From Oopsacas minuta (taxonomy: Eukaryota > Animalia > Porifera): a DNA stretch of 64,000 bases. Positions 39,500 through 52,000 of this stretch are shown here, piece after piece. Where the stretch lies: positions 94,884 through 158,883 of the forward strand of contig JAKMXF010000341.1 of assembly GCA_024704765.1 (NCBI GenBank). The letters run 5' to 3'. Position numbers and translations under genes: made by a program. A model generated the notes under the pieces. It was given only the letters and a program-made list of their open reading frames with translations, did no database searches and had not been told where the DNA came from. Every line of letters starts with the position of its first letter. The first letter of the stretch is position 1.

Positions 39500-40330
39500 G
39501 TTGTATCACATACAATTGGACAATGGTGTAATGAGAAGCAGTCACTTTTCTGTTTGTGTTGCTGTTTGTTTTACAAAGGCCCAACTCAATCACGGCCAGC
39601 GATTGCTCAGGTACATGGTAGTTGTGACAACTTGCGAAAACTATGAGAAATATTCCTCAACATCAAAAAAGTCAAGTTCATAAGTCGTGTTATTTGGAGA
39701 TTGGAAAAGCGCTTTGCAAAAGCTGCAACAATTGACATAGTACTGATCAAAACACTCGAATTGAGGTGTTAAAATGGAAGTTAATACTTACTAGACTGCT
39801 GGATGTAACCCTGTTTATGGCTGAGAGGGTCTCCTATTGAGGAAACAATGAAAAAATCGGTAATCAACACAATGGTTTGTTCCTTTGAATTTGTGAACGC
39901 TTGCACGCTATGATAAAGTTTTAGAATTACACATTGCTAATGTAAAGGAGGCTCAAATTCCTGTTCTATTCCACAGATCACCAGAGCGCTGGGCTCTCTT
40001 GAAGACATTATTGGTGACAGCCCTTATCCGTTTTCTAGCACACGTTGGCCTGCAAGAATCCAGAGTGTTCGCCCCTTCGCTGCCCATCTGCCTGAATTGA
40101 AAATAGCCTTGCACGCCCTCCTAGATTTTAATCTCACTGTCGAAGTTAGAGCTGAAGTTCAGGGTTCGCTTTAATTACATATCGTCATTAAAATGTATTC
40201 TAATGTCTTCAATCTGGTTCAAAGCTCTGACCATGATCGACTACCGTATTAAATTTTTGCAAACGCGAATCGCAACCCTAGATATTGAACTAGAGAACAT
40301 AGATGACCTTATCTGTAACCTGGAGGTTTC
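39500..40330 (+). mobile_element. Degenerate hAT (ZMYM1/DUF4371-like) transposase relic
   Basis: Broken frames KQSLFCLCCCLF, KWKLILTRLLDVTLFMAER..GNNEKIGNQHNGLFL, LFHRSPERWALLK, SSTRWPARIQSVRPFAAHLPELKIAL and ALTMIDYRIKFLQTRIATLDIELENI. Internal deletions, frameshifts and stops are present. Confidence 0.75.
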
Positions 40331-40916
40331 TGTTACTTACCAAATACACTCCAACAAAATCAGATTATAATTAGCTACACACTCTGTCAATTCAATATAT
40401 GTATTTACAACAAAAGTGTGTACTAAATTTACAAGAGGGATAGAATTGCCAGAATTTTTTCATAGAAGTGGCAGGTTAGAATACACAAATATGTATTCCG
40501 TAAATAGCAACCATTCCAAAGGTGTATTTTGCAGAACCATGTTCACAATATGTTCAGCTAGTGACTAGAACTAATAAATTCTGATATATAGAACTCAGCA
40601 ATGAAATCCATCTCAAGAGAAGGAAATTTTCGTGGTCAAGTATCCGGTTGTGAATTAATAATACAGAAATAAAGGATCCAATAGATATAATCGATAAATT
40701 AATAAGTGAAGATTACGCGAGTATCAGTATTACAGTGGTTGAAATAGAATAATCAATCCTAAGAATATTTAATTACAATCTACACGTAGTATCCGGATAA
40801 GTATACCTGAATTCTGATTTCGAAAAATATAAAAAGAAGGAATGTTCAGCCATTCAACAAACAGAAAAAAACAAAAAACACTTCAAAGATTGGTAACTAA
40901 AGGAAGAAACTACCAG

Positions 40917-41227
40917 ATGGCAGAGATCACGGGACTCGATATAAAAGATCTGAACAAAAAGCTAAAGGAACATGGAGTCCCAAATGCGAGCCGCAACACA
41001 TCAAAAAGCAGAGGCGAAGAATTAAGATGAAGACTTATGGCAAGGAAAACCGCCAGCGCAAAGCAAAGGAGTACGAATCGCTCGAGCATGAACGCGCCAG
41101 GCTTACAGCGTATCTTGCGATATTGTAGGAAGAAGTAGAGCAGCTTAGGAACTGTAGTTCTTCGATGATATATCAGATCATGGAACAGGTCGATGGGAGC
41201 GAGGAGGAGTTCCTGATCATAGATTAA
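40917..41227 (+). pseudogene. Maf-like bZIP pseudogene
   Basis: MAEITGLDIKDLNKKLKEHGVPNA, then a frameshift near 40988, then EPQHIKKQRRRIKMKTYGKENRQRKAKEYESLEHERARLTAYLAIL*EEVEQLRN with an in-frame TAG at 41126-41128. Confidence 0.75.
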
Positions 41228-41349
41228 GCAGAATCTTAATAGCGCTAATTGTCCGTGCACACAGTATTAAATAAACATTATAAGAATTCGAAGTAATTGA
41301 TAATTATAATAAAAGCAATAAAATTATATAAAACGTTAAATATTATGGT

Positions 41350-41464
41350 AGCATCATGTTTGCTACGGTTAAGATTATTAGTTTATGTACTCGAGGGCCG
41401 TGGCGCCTGAGCATGGACAAGAAGTGTTCTCAACCGAGTAGCGCGAGCAAGCGAAGCGCACTCG
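41350..41464 (+). mobile_element. 3' fragment of the Helitron-like family
   Basis: Matches the 3' ~110 bp of 27256-27757 (catgtttgctacggttaagatt...tactcgagggcc...agcgcgagcaagcgaagcgcaCTCG|T). Confidence 0.7.
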
Positions 41465-41610
41465 TTTATATATTAAAATACGTATGTGATAGGATATTTG
41501 AGTTTCAGGGTTTCATACATGATTTAGATTTGGGGGAAGGGGGGAAGAAAAAGTTCAGCATCCCTATACTATACAGATTAGTGAAAGCTAAATTGTAATC
41601 TCCTTATTTT

Positions 41611-42060
41611 TTAGTGCACCTCTTTCAGGGAGTTGCCCTTTTGCCATGGACAATGTGCTACGTCCGTACGTTCGTCCTCTTTGAGGCACAGGCACATGTA
41701 ATGAGGTACTGCTGGTGGCTGAAGTTCCACAGGACTCTCAGGCAACTCAACATAATCCAAGGTCCAAGGAATATTCAACAAATTCACATAGATATTTTCC
41801 TTACCTTTATCAGCGGGTTCAGGATTTAAATCAACACCACCAACAAATAGAATACAAGCCGAAAGAAGTATAGAACTGGCATATAACATATCACCTATCT
41901 GAAATGGGTAGGGCTACACATATTGAGCTTCTTTGATCCACTGATTCCTACTCACCAGGAAATCGTCAATAAATAAGAAAGAGAATGGACAAATAATAAA
42001 ATAATAAGACAAGAAAATAGCTACATGAAGTGAGAAATAGAAAATGCTATAAATGTTGCA
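41611..42060 (-). CDS. Unassigned spliced ORF with hydrophobic segments
   Basis: A canonical 57-bp phase-0 intron (GTGAGT at 41955, TTTCAG acceptor at 41899) joins FYFSLHVAIFLSYYFIICPFSFLFIDDFL to IGDMLYASSILLSACILFVGG.... Start not identified and no family recognised. Confidence 0.3.
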
Positions 42061-42738
42061 TAATGCATTTATCGTGTTTATCGACAAGTTACTCATATAT
42101 ATGTATATGTATTGTTGTTGTGATCATGAATAAAGTAAACAAATAATAGTAATCATGGAATTATTGTAGAAACAATCTAAGTTCATGTATTGAAAATTTA
42201 ATAGTACCCAATTATTGAAACCTGAATACAACCAAATTAGTTTCTAACATTCCAAAATATTCTTTCCTAACCAAAAGTCTAAACAAGTAAAAGTAATTAT
42301 TTCTATTTTAGACACTGTTAAGATTCTTATTTACGAATTTGGGCCAAAATATTGAATAATACAATTTTTTGTATAATTACTAACATATTTTGAGTCAAAT
42401 TCCGATTTTCGATTTGGGTCTAATTCTAGCATCTCATGTTATGTCTATATATTCAATTGAAGTTATAGCTGGGGAATTGGGAGATACCAGAATATTCGCC
42501 GTCCTAGTACTGTCGGCTGTCGTGTATGCCCACAGGGTTACCACAAGGGTACATCTTCCTCAATGTGAATTTATTATTTTATTAGGGCGCTTGCTAACGG
42601 CTGCCGACGGGTTATACCCGACCGATGACAACACTTGTCCAAACCTTTCCCACTTGTAGAGGTCCTACTGTATTAGTGTCATACATAGGCGCAGAACCTC
42701 CGGGCAGTTTTATATAAATAAATAGAGGTATATTTTGT

Positions 42739-42808
42739 TTTGGTCCGGCCAGACTATATATGGCATCCCAGACCAACCTGGGCTGCCATATGGTCTGACC
42801 GGACCAAA
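42739..42808. repeat. ~70-bp hairpin or micro-MITE upstream of PLRG1
   Basis: TTTGGTCCGGCCAGACTATATATGGCATCCCAG ... CTGGGCTGCCATATGGTCTGACCGGACCAAA imperfect inverted repeat with a short loop. Confidence 0.7.
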
Positions 42809-43057
42809 TATAGCGTAACAGATACGTTAGATATAAGAATATACTAATACACCATATAGGGTTATATTTTTATCCGCCCCGACTGTGTTCTTATATGGTG
42901 TATATGTTCGGTCCGGATGCCCAACCTCCATCCTGTTGCGTAATAGGACGTCCCCGTTACCTAAACGGACACGTTGTGCCTCGGTGCGGAAGATATACAC
43001 TGTATTACACATGATGCTGTATGCCTGGGATTTAATGCCATATTTAGCTAAGCTAGC

Positions 43058-46000
43058 ATGTTTGAGAGAAGTGAAACTGACTCAAAAGAACCAGGGATGG
43101 TCAAGCATTCAATCAATACTTTAATGTTCCGCTCCCTGAAGAGGACTCATGACCTTTTCATAGCTAGTCAGTCGTTGTCTATACCCACACACGAACAGAG
43201 CTCCAAACTCCGCAAATCTTGTAAAATAAACTCGGAATACTCAGCAGTCAAACACCTGCCTCCTCCTAATGAGTCTATTGCTCGAATTGCTTCAAAGACA
43301 GAGTTAGGGGCTTCTATAGGACCTAGCCTATCTGATAAAGGAGCTGACATTCCATTTACAGATACAGGTAACCAAGAAGTGTTTAGAGGAAGTACTGCGT
43401 TAGTTTCAGCTCGAGACAACAATCCCCTTAAATCTGCTCTCGCACTCAAGGCGATCACAACTGAAAAGGTAAGATTTTCTAAATTGAGTACGTATATACA
43501 ATACACCAGCTGCTTCGCTTGCTCGCACTTCTTGGACGGTATCATATTTGGAATAAGGGGACTCCTTTATCCTAGTATAACCGTTGAAAACAAGTATTTA
43601 TAGATTTGTTTACTTTAGATTAATAAACACAAGAATAAATTTGGATTCAACGTACTTTGTTAGCCCTGTTGTTATGTGACCATTTACTTAACATGACGGT
43701 TTACTTACCCTATTACGTGAACCATGGATATTCCTATCCATGACGGTTTACTTACCTTTCTCTATTATTTCTATTCTCTATGGCTTCACAATTTATACTT
43801 CCTATTACACATCTACTTATTCGATTTACACATTATGCATACATGTAAGCAACAATTTCAAAGTTCTTTATTTCTATTCACGAATTATTTAGTAACTTTT
43901 TTATTGATTCATTATTTGGGAATTATAAATTGATATTTAATGCAAACAGGAGACTAAAGCCCACCATACACGATGGAACTGGTACATTCAACTTTAGTCT
44001 CACGGTATCGTGAAATATAGCTTGCTCCCTCTGTAACAATAAAGCGACAAATTTACCCTCGATGAGCATTAACAACCTCTTTGAAAGGCTCTTTACCAGT
44101 AATGGTTACCGAACCTCTCCAGGTGATAACGATCAACACTTGCTCACCTTTGAGTTCAGTGAACTTTCTAACGGCTGTAAAAAGATGCTCTTTAGCGTTT
44201 CCTTGAGTAATTTTACGTATTTCTAACTTTAGATTTGTTTGAATCAAGAACTGTTTGTATTTATATTAAATGTGTTACTGGATCGTAAGATATCTCAAGA
44301 AACGTGTCTAATTAGGAATTCAATCCTAAACTAATCCACTAATGTCTCTGAATTATACCACTGTGCATTGAGATGTTATTTGATGTTTATTAACTATCAT
44401 ATGTCAACAGACTAGAGTTATGTTAATCATCGAGTTGGAACCGAGTAGAAGGCTCTCAGAGAGAGTAAATATACATTATTCCAAATATCAAATTCTCTGG
44501 TGCTAATCTATATTACTAAATCTCAATTGTTGTCTGTTTGTTTGTCCGTTGTCAAGGACAATTTTGAAATTGTTTATAATTCCCGTATAATGAATCAACA
44601 AAAAAGTTACTAAATAATTCGTGAATAGAAATAAAGAACTTTGAAATTGTTGCTTACGTGATGCATAAAGTGTAAATCGAATAAGTAGATATGTAATAGG
44701 AAGATAAATTGTGAAGCCATGGAGAATAGAAATAATAGAGAAAGGCAAGTAAACCGTCATGGTAAGTAAATGGTCATACAACAGCCCATTGTACATTAAG
44801 ACCGAATAGGAATTGTATTATTAGGAATGGGAAATAAGTATTGGTAAGCATTACTGTATAATAATGGTCACAAGGCATAATTACTAACTCTATTTATCTC
44901 TTAAGCCTACCTGGCATGCCCCTTGGAAGCTCTACCGAGTTATCAGTGGACATCTGGGATGGGTACGCTGTATTGACGTAGATCCGAGTAATGACTGGTT
45001 CATAACCGGAAGTACAGACCGGACCATCAAGATATGGGACCTGGCTACCAGCACGCTTCGCCTCTCTCTGACAGGACACATCTCTACTATCCGAGCAGTT
45101 AAGGTATCTCACAGACACACCTACTTCTTCTCAGCTGGAGAGGACAAACAGATTAAGTGTTGGGATCTAGAACATAATAAGGTTTGTATATCTAGGTTTA
45201 AGTCCCGATTAACCGAATCCATCCCTGCTCTGGATAAATGTGGTTAAACTAATATTATTTGAAACACACGTACATCCATGTTAGAGAATCCTAATTCCTT
45301 TTGCAGTTATTGCTGATAATCATGACATACGTGTACTATTAATTCTGTTTATTTTTTCGTAGACTATTCGTCAGTACCATGGACATCTGAGTGCTGTGTA
45401 CGGACTGACTTTACACCCTCGTCTAGACGTCCTCATATCTTGCGGTAGAGACAGCACAGCTAGGGTGTGGGACATCAGAACTAAAGCCTGTATATTCACC
45501 CTCACAGGTCATACCAATACAGTAGCATGTGTGGAGTCACAGGCTCCTAATCCACAGGTGAGTATGTATATGTACTGTACACCTAGAATGGTAGACGGAG
45601 TGATTATTCATTCTACAAATATAAACTTACTTATATGATTATTAAATATGCATGTAGTGGGAAATTAGGAATACGTAATTAATTCAATTAATTCGAGTGG
45701 CCTACTAATAGCTCTAACATAATACAGTGGAGTCTCCCAAAACACTCCGAGAAGCGGACAACCCCCTACAACGGACCAACTTCGTGGCACGGATTGAATT
45801 TGCCAAGTATGTAATACTTAAGCAGTTTCCGAGGAGCGGACAACTCCGAATTCCAAACAACGGACAGGGAACTGGCCCCAAATGGTGTGTCTTAATGAAA
45901 AATTATCTCTCAAGAACGGACAACCAGAAACTGCAACCAATAATTTTCATAGATATCACAAAATTTACATAATAATATGAGTGCTACACAAGTCCCATGT

Positions 46001-49000
46001 CTTTCAAGTCTTTCAACAATTCTTTAATCTTGTAATTCAGTTAATGCAAACTTTTGGGTTCATAAAGGCGGTACACAAGGGATTTCTAGTCCGTAACCTG
46101 CTCCTCCGTTTTCTTTCTCTCCCGTAACCTCAGCAAATCCTTTATTTACTTCTCTCCTTAAAAATTGTGAAAGTCGAGGATGTTTTGAAGTAGCTATGCG
46201 CATTGGCACCACAATAGATACTGTAGCTAGTCTACAATTGTCAACCAGTAGACAAAGTTATCTTCCTGACTTATTTGCGCACCCATTATACTATATATAG
46301 AGATAAACCAATGCCAATATGTTTACATTACTCATCAGTCATCGCTCAATATTATATTGATCCTCATCACAATATAATAAAACTTGTGACTTCTCCCGTA
46401 ACTATCCAACTTTAATACATGTAAAACTGCATTCAAAATGATACATATTAGGTGTTTTGATAAAAAGATGGACCAGTCTCCGAGAAGCGGACAATATCTA
46501 CAACGGACAGAAGCCATGTCACCAACGTGTCTGTTATTCGGAGACTCCACTGTGTAGGATTAAAATATTTACAAAGAATATAGACTAAAGTATTGTAATG
46601 TATGTTTGCTAATTTGGAATTATTCCAATTCGCTTACAAAGGAAATCTTGAGCCTTTTATTTGCTAATTCATTGCCTATGGATAAATTCTCCAAGAAGAT
46701 AGACATAAGAAAGACAGGAAACCAAACACATTCTGATTTCAGAAAACGACACAGAGGCAGGTGGAGTTAATTGTATTTTATTATGTAGGTGTACCTGAAT
46801 AGCACTAATTTCATATAGTAGGCGTAATGAAAGATGTTGATTATACTCCTCCATAAGTCTTTCTATCCAAGGAACACTTGGCATGAGTATAGTCACCAGG
46901 GTTTATATAACCTCCTCCAGAATACAGATATTGTATCGAACCTTTTGATTGTAACGTTACATTAAAGAACATTATTGTTTGTTCGAAATTGCTAATTACA
47001 GTAATTAAATGTATTGCAAATAGATAAGCAGTTGTGTAGCCAGGATCTGTCGGGGGAGGCACGACTCAAGCTGGGGGTATGTGGGCGCTAGAAAGCATAG
47101 ACAATGGAAATTGCAGAAATACATGGTAGCAAATAACCGATAGGTGCTAGTTCATAGCCATTATCTGCTAATTCTGCTTATTTTAGTAATCCTCATTATT
47201 CGAGAATTTTGCATCCTCCTTGTATGCTTTTCTAGATAAGTAACCGCTGTGCCTTCCCATGAGTATTTAAGCCATGCAAACTAGATTACTTCTTTCTTAT
47301 CCTGAATTTCCTCGGAAACTGGAATGATTTTATTTTTATTTTTTATAGGCCAAGTTTGTATGTAAATATTTTAGCCATTCGAATGATTCAATTATCTCAT
47401 TACATTAGCTATGGGTATTAAAATATTGAATATTTCAACAATGCAAGTAGTAAAATGTGTATTCTGCAGTCTTTGGTATATGAATTCTCCGTAAATTTGC
47501 AAAAATACAAATTAAAATATTTACGGATTGGAGACAAAATTTGGGACGGGCGGGAATGAGAAACAAGTATATTAATATATATATAGCCTTATTTATTACA
47601 TTTAACAACTAAACTCACTGATGATTCAAATCATATTACATACAATCATATTTTACATATGCATCATCCATTTATAGAAGTACTCTATTGATTATTGAAC
47701 TACATAGATTTCTAGATTTCTCTTAATGTTAAAATTACTGTTCTTATTTAGATAACGAAAATGACAAGTAGGCATCTTCGTTACCCAAATACAAACGAAA
47801 ATCTACGTTAATTCATATAAAGATCATTGACGAACAAGTTAATATCTACGCTGATACTACTAATACTATATTCAATAGTCATGTTATTGACAGCATATTG
47901 TATGTTATATTTGCTTGTGGTCTCATTGCACTTTTATACGCATTTCACGTAGCACACATAAGAATACTGTACTCAGTGTATTTTCTGCTGTGTAGATTTT
48001 TCCCAAATCAATAGGAAACAAATCATACTTATGACCAGATACGATGTTAGACTATTTACTTACCATCTTATTTTCCCGAATGGGCATTTACACATTATAG
48101 GACGAATCTCTTAAATACGAAAAATAATATTGTTAGTTGAAGAAATGTTATGAATTACCCTGTGAGTTTGATTAACAATAAACATACTAAGTACTTATGA
48201 GAATTACAAAATCAGGATAATAGTGCAATATTCCTCAAGGACAGTCCCAATGCAAATGTTTCATACTTGTATATTCCCATATCATACTTGCCAAATGAAA
48301 TAATCGGATAATACTTACCTTCGGGGAATCGACAAAGTATGTACCAGAATTATGTACTACCTGAGTTGAATTCATACGCAACTAATTGTTTAATATGAAT
48401 GGGATACGTGAAATTATTAAAATTAGAGTAAAGCAATTGTTTTAGATTATTCAAGCTTCTAAGCTTCCAAACATTTAGCAAAATTTATAACTAAATTCGC
48501 TATTCTAACAATTTATTAATGGTTAAATATTGTCCTACAACTCTATCATCCATATTATAACGAGGAAACACAATTTCCAACGTGGTTTCTAGCCTAATTA
48601 TACAGGTGGATCCTGTATACGTATATTATATGACCATTTTATTTCTAAATCAACCCCTTTCTGATTCGAGTTATAAAACCGTCATTTTAGCAACTCCCCA
48701 GTGCCTGTTATGACAAGTGACAAGTATAAACTATGATTTCATAAAAATCATTAATTCCATTTGAATGTAAGGTAATATCAAAGAGAAATTCTTGAAGACA
48801 ATTTGTTTTCTGTTTGAAGCTTTACTATATTTAAACGCCACCCAAGAACTGTCCCTGTATCATTGCTCTCCTCATTTTTCTCAAATGTTGTACCTGTATA
48901 ATCATATCTTGATAGTCTTGCTGTAGTTGTCGGATCTCACAAATTAGATTATTAATATCGTTATTCCTCTTTTCTTGCTTATTCTTATGTACTAGTCTCT

Positions 49001-52000
49001 TAACTATTCTGATTATATTCATTTGGACTTAATACTTGCTTCTTTGCTTGAAAATTTTCTTCATATACCTTCTATTTATATTATATTGAAATGCATTTAT
49101 TACGCAATTCTAACTGGATTTGGCATATAAAGTCTGTGACAATAATCAGTAATAATTCTTAGTCATGATATATGTGCTAATTTTCATATAAATAATATTA
49201 ATTTCAGTTTGATTCGCACTTATCCTGTATTTTCGATTAATATATTTACTTCGCTTGTCGTAGACAGTGTCAAGTTCTTATGAAAATTACTAATAATAGA
49301 AATTTCAGGATATTAATTGACGTCTTTTTGTTAACAGAGGTTTACATTGATAGATTACATCTTTCGGTGATATCAGATAATCTGAGATAATTTCATTACT
49401 TTATCTAGCCTAATTATTTATGTCATTAATACATTTTTACTTATCAACCAACCTGTGTGTTACGTATTTATGTCAATACTACTGATATTACACTGCATCA
49501 TGTAGCTAGGCTTATAAAGTTCTGCTGCTGGGATTGGAGTGATGATATATTTTCATAAACACTACTTCAGTGGTTTGTAGGTGTATCTGCTACACTGACA
49601 GGTATAAAATATTCTTATAGTTTCAAAATTTCACTGCTAATACGCGAATTTGCAGTAGGCGAGCTATTTACCACAAAAATCGACTCTAGATCCATGGAGT
49701 AAGTTGCTAATAGGCTAATTTTGTTATTAAACTAATCTCTACCAACCGACATCACTGTATTTGGATGATATACTAATGTATTTCCCGCACAATTATCCCA
49801 TTCAGGCAACCAATTATCCGGGTGATATAGCCATTGACTTGTTTACTTTTGGTTTTCATTACATCTTTTGAATTAAGGAACCAAATTTCGAAATACCCTA
49901 ACAAGTCAATTGAATATATATCCTCATTTAAATCCAATGGCTACTAATTCATTCCAGGTAGGGCAGCAAACTCAGATACCTTCTGCTGTAATCATACCAC
50001 GTGGTAGGAGAGCAATATCTAATGGATTACGAAGGCGTCTTATTGACGATCATCAGTCAGGAGTAACTTTTAGGTAAATGGAAACGTTATATGGTGTAAA
50101 GAAAGATACAGCTTATCGAATCTGTAGTACCAGACAATATACTACTAAACATCGAGAGGAAAAATAAGAACCAAGATTCGTTGAATCTTCTATTAAACAC
50201 AATCGAAACCCGTCCTGATATGATTCTTGAAGAAATGAGAAATAAGATTATTCTCGTTAACTGTTTCGACTTCTGCCATAGCTAAACATCTTGAAGGACA
50301 GTTAATTACAGTAAAAAAGCTTGAGTTGATTCCAATCGGACGAATTCTCTTGTCAATAAAGATTTAAGAAAAAAGCATGCTTTATGGCTGCGAGAACAGA
50401 ATGGTATCAGGGCGCGATTTGTTATGTTGACTCGTGTCAGATCAGTACAAGGATTGCCAGCCAGAAGGATAACTGACAATCAAAAGAATCCCCACGTCAC
50501 TTTGCTATGTGCTACGTGCCCGAGTGTTGGACTTGTCCATTCAATGGTCATATTAGTAGTTGCTAGACAAGTAAATTTTGATGAATTTGTTTCCGAATTA
50601 TTTCATCTACCCTTTGGCTCAGAACCAAGTAGTTCAAGGTTTAATACAGTATTTATAGTACTGGATAATGCTCCTTGCCATCGCGGAATAGAAGTATACC
50701 GCTGAATAAGTTGCAAATAAACGAATATTGCTCTGTTCTAATTGTAAAATACTTCCCTTGGATTAGTGAAGTCCATAGATATAATACTATAGGATCTGAA
50801 GAACATGTACCAACGATGAGACGGCTGCCAACATGTGTGATAAGTAATATGTATTTGTACACAGTAGAATTGGATACAATCAGTTAATTTTGAACATTTT
50901 AGAACATTTTCCAAAGGTTGTATAACCTTTAAGACCTGTTTGGATTAATGAAATTCGGACTTCGGATTATCGAGGGTCTACTGACTATCTATTCTACCTT
51001 ACAATTATTAGCCTAAGAAATTCATTGCATTGGGTATATCAAAAGGATAATTGCATGAGTTGGATAATTGTGTGGGAAATACAATAGTATTGATCGATTA
51101 TAATTATGGATAAATGAGTATAATAAATATGTTGCAGATTAATGTAATGAATAATTACTTACTGTATTTCTACAACTATGCTGTAATATGACTTGTATGA
51201 GCAGATATAGAGATTTGTAATAGTCTTCTATTCCTGGAGTATGTTAGAAGAAATCTTACGATAAACACAATGCTTATGAAATATTTCTTACAGGAGATTA
51301 CTGTAGATCAAAGTCCTAATCTATGGTAAAGTGTAAGTACATCTGCTCCAAGCGTAATCTTAGATTGAAACACTAATACATGTCCTAGTTGTACAAGGTA
51401 TACAACTGTTCTACTCTTTTACTACCTAACACAAATAACTCAATAATGATTTTAATCAGGTCGAAGTGTGCACTTTGTTGTTTCTGTTCTCTTTCTATCT
51501 ATGTAAATAACGAAATAAGCTTACTTGTTATCGACGTCGTAATTCCATTGTTTGCTTAAGTGTTAGAGCGCCATTGCCACCAAGCAATGAAAATACCCTT
51601 AAATTACTGTAATTGTAGGGGATGTATCCCCTAGTGTATGTATGTTTTCTACTCTCAATTGATGATCTTGGAAGCTTCATATTATGTTCTATAACCGTTT
51701 GATTCTCTAGAAATGTTCTAATGTTTATCCAATGATCTATATATTCCATGTTTTAATGGTATATCAGCATGTTCTTGTATACAAATGTTGGTTATGTTCT
51801 TATAATCTACCTGACCATACAATTTTGCATGCTATGAGCCAGTCATACTCCACTTTCTATCGCTCTACACCCTTACCTCCATCACAATTTCTGCTTTCCA
51901 TTAGAAAATTTTCATTCCTATCAATTCTGAACAATTAAACAGCTCACACAACAGCTGTTTATGAAAGGACTTTAGCAATGAATAATATACTTGCATACTT

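Noticed and set aside
43724-44796. Two similar ORFs ([23 protein letters not shown]) as paralogous genes
   Set aside because: They are translations of the inverted non-coding Helitron-like copies.
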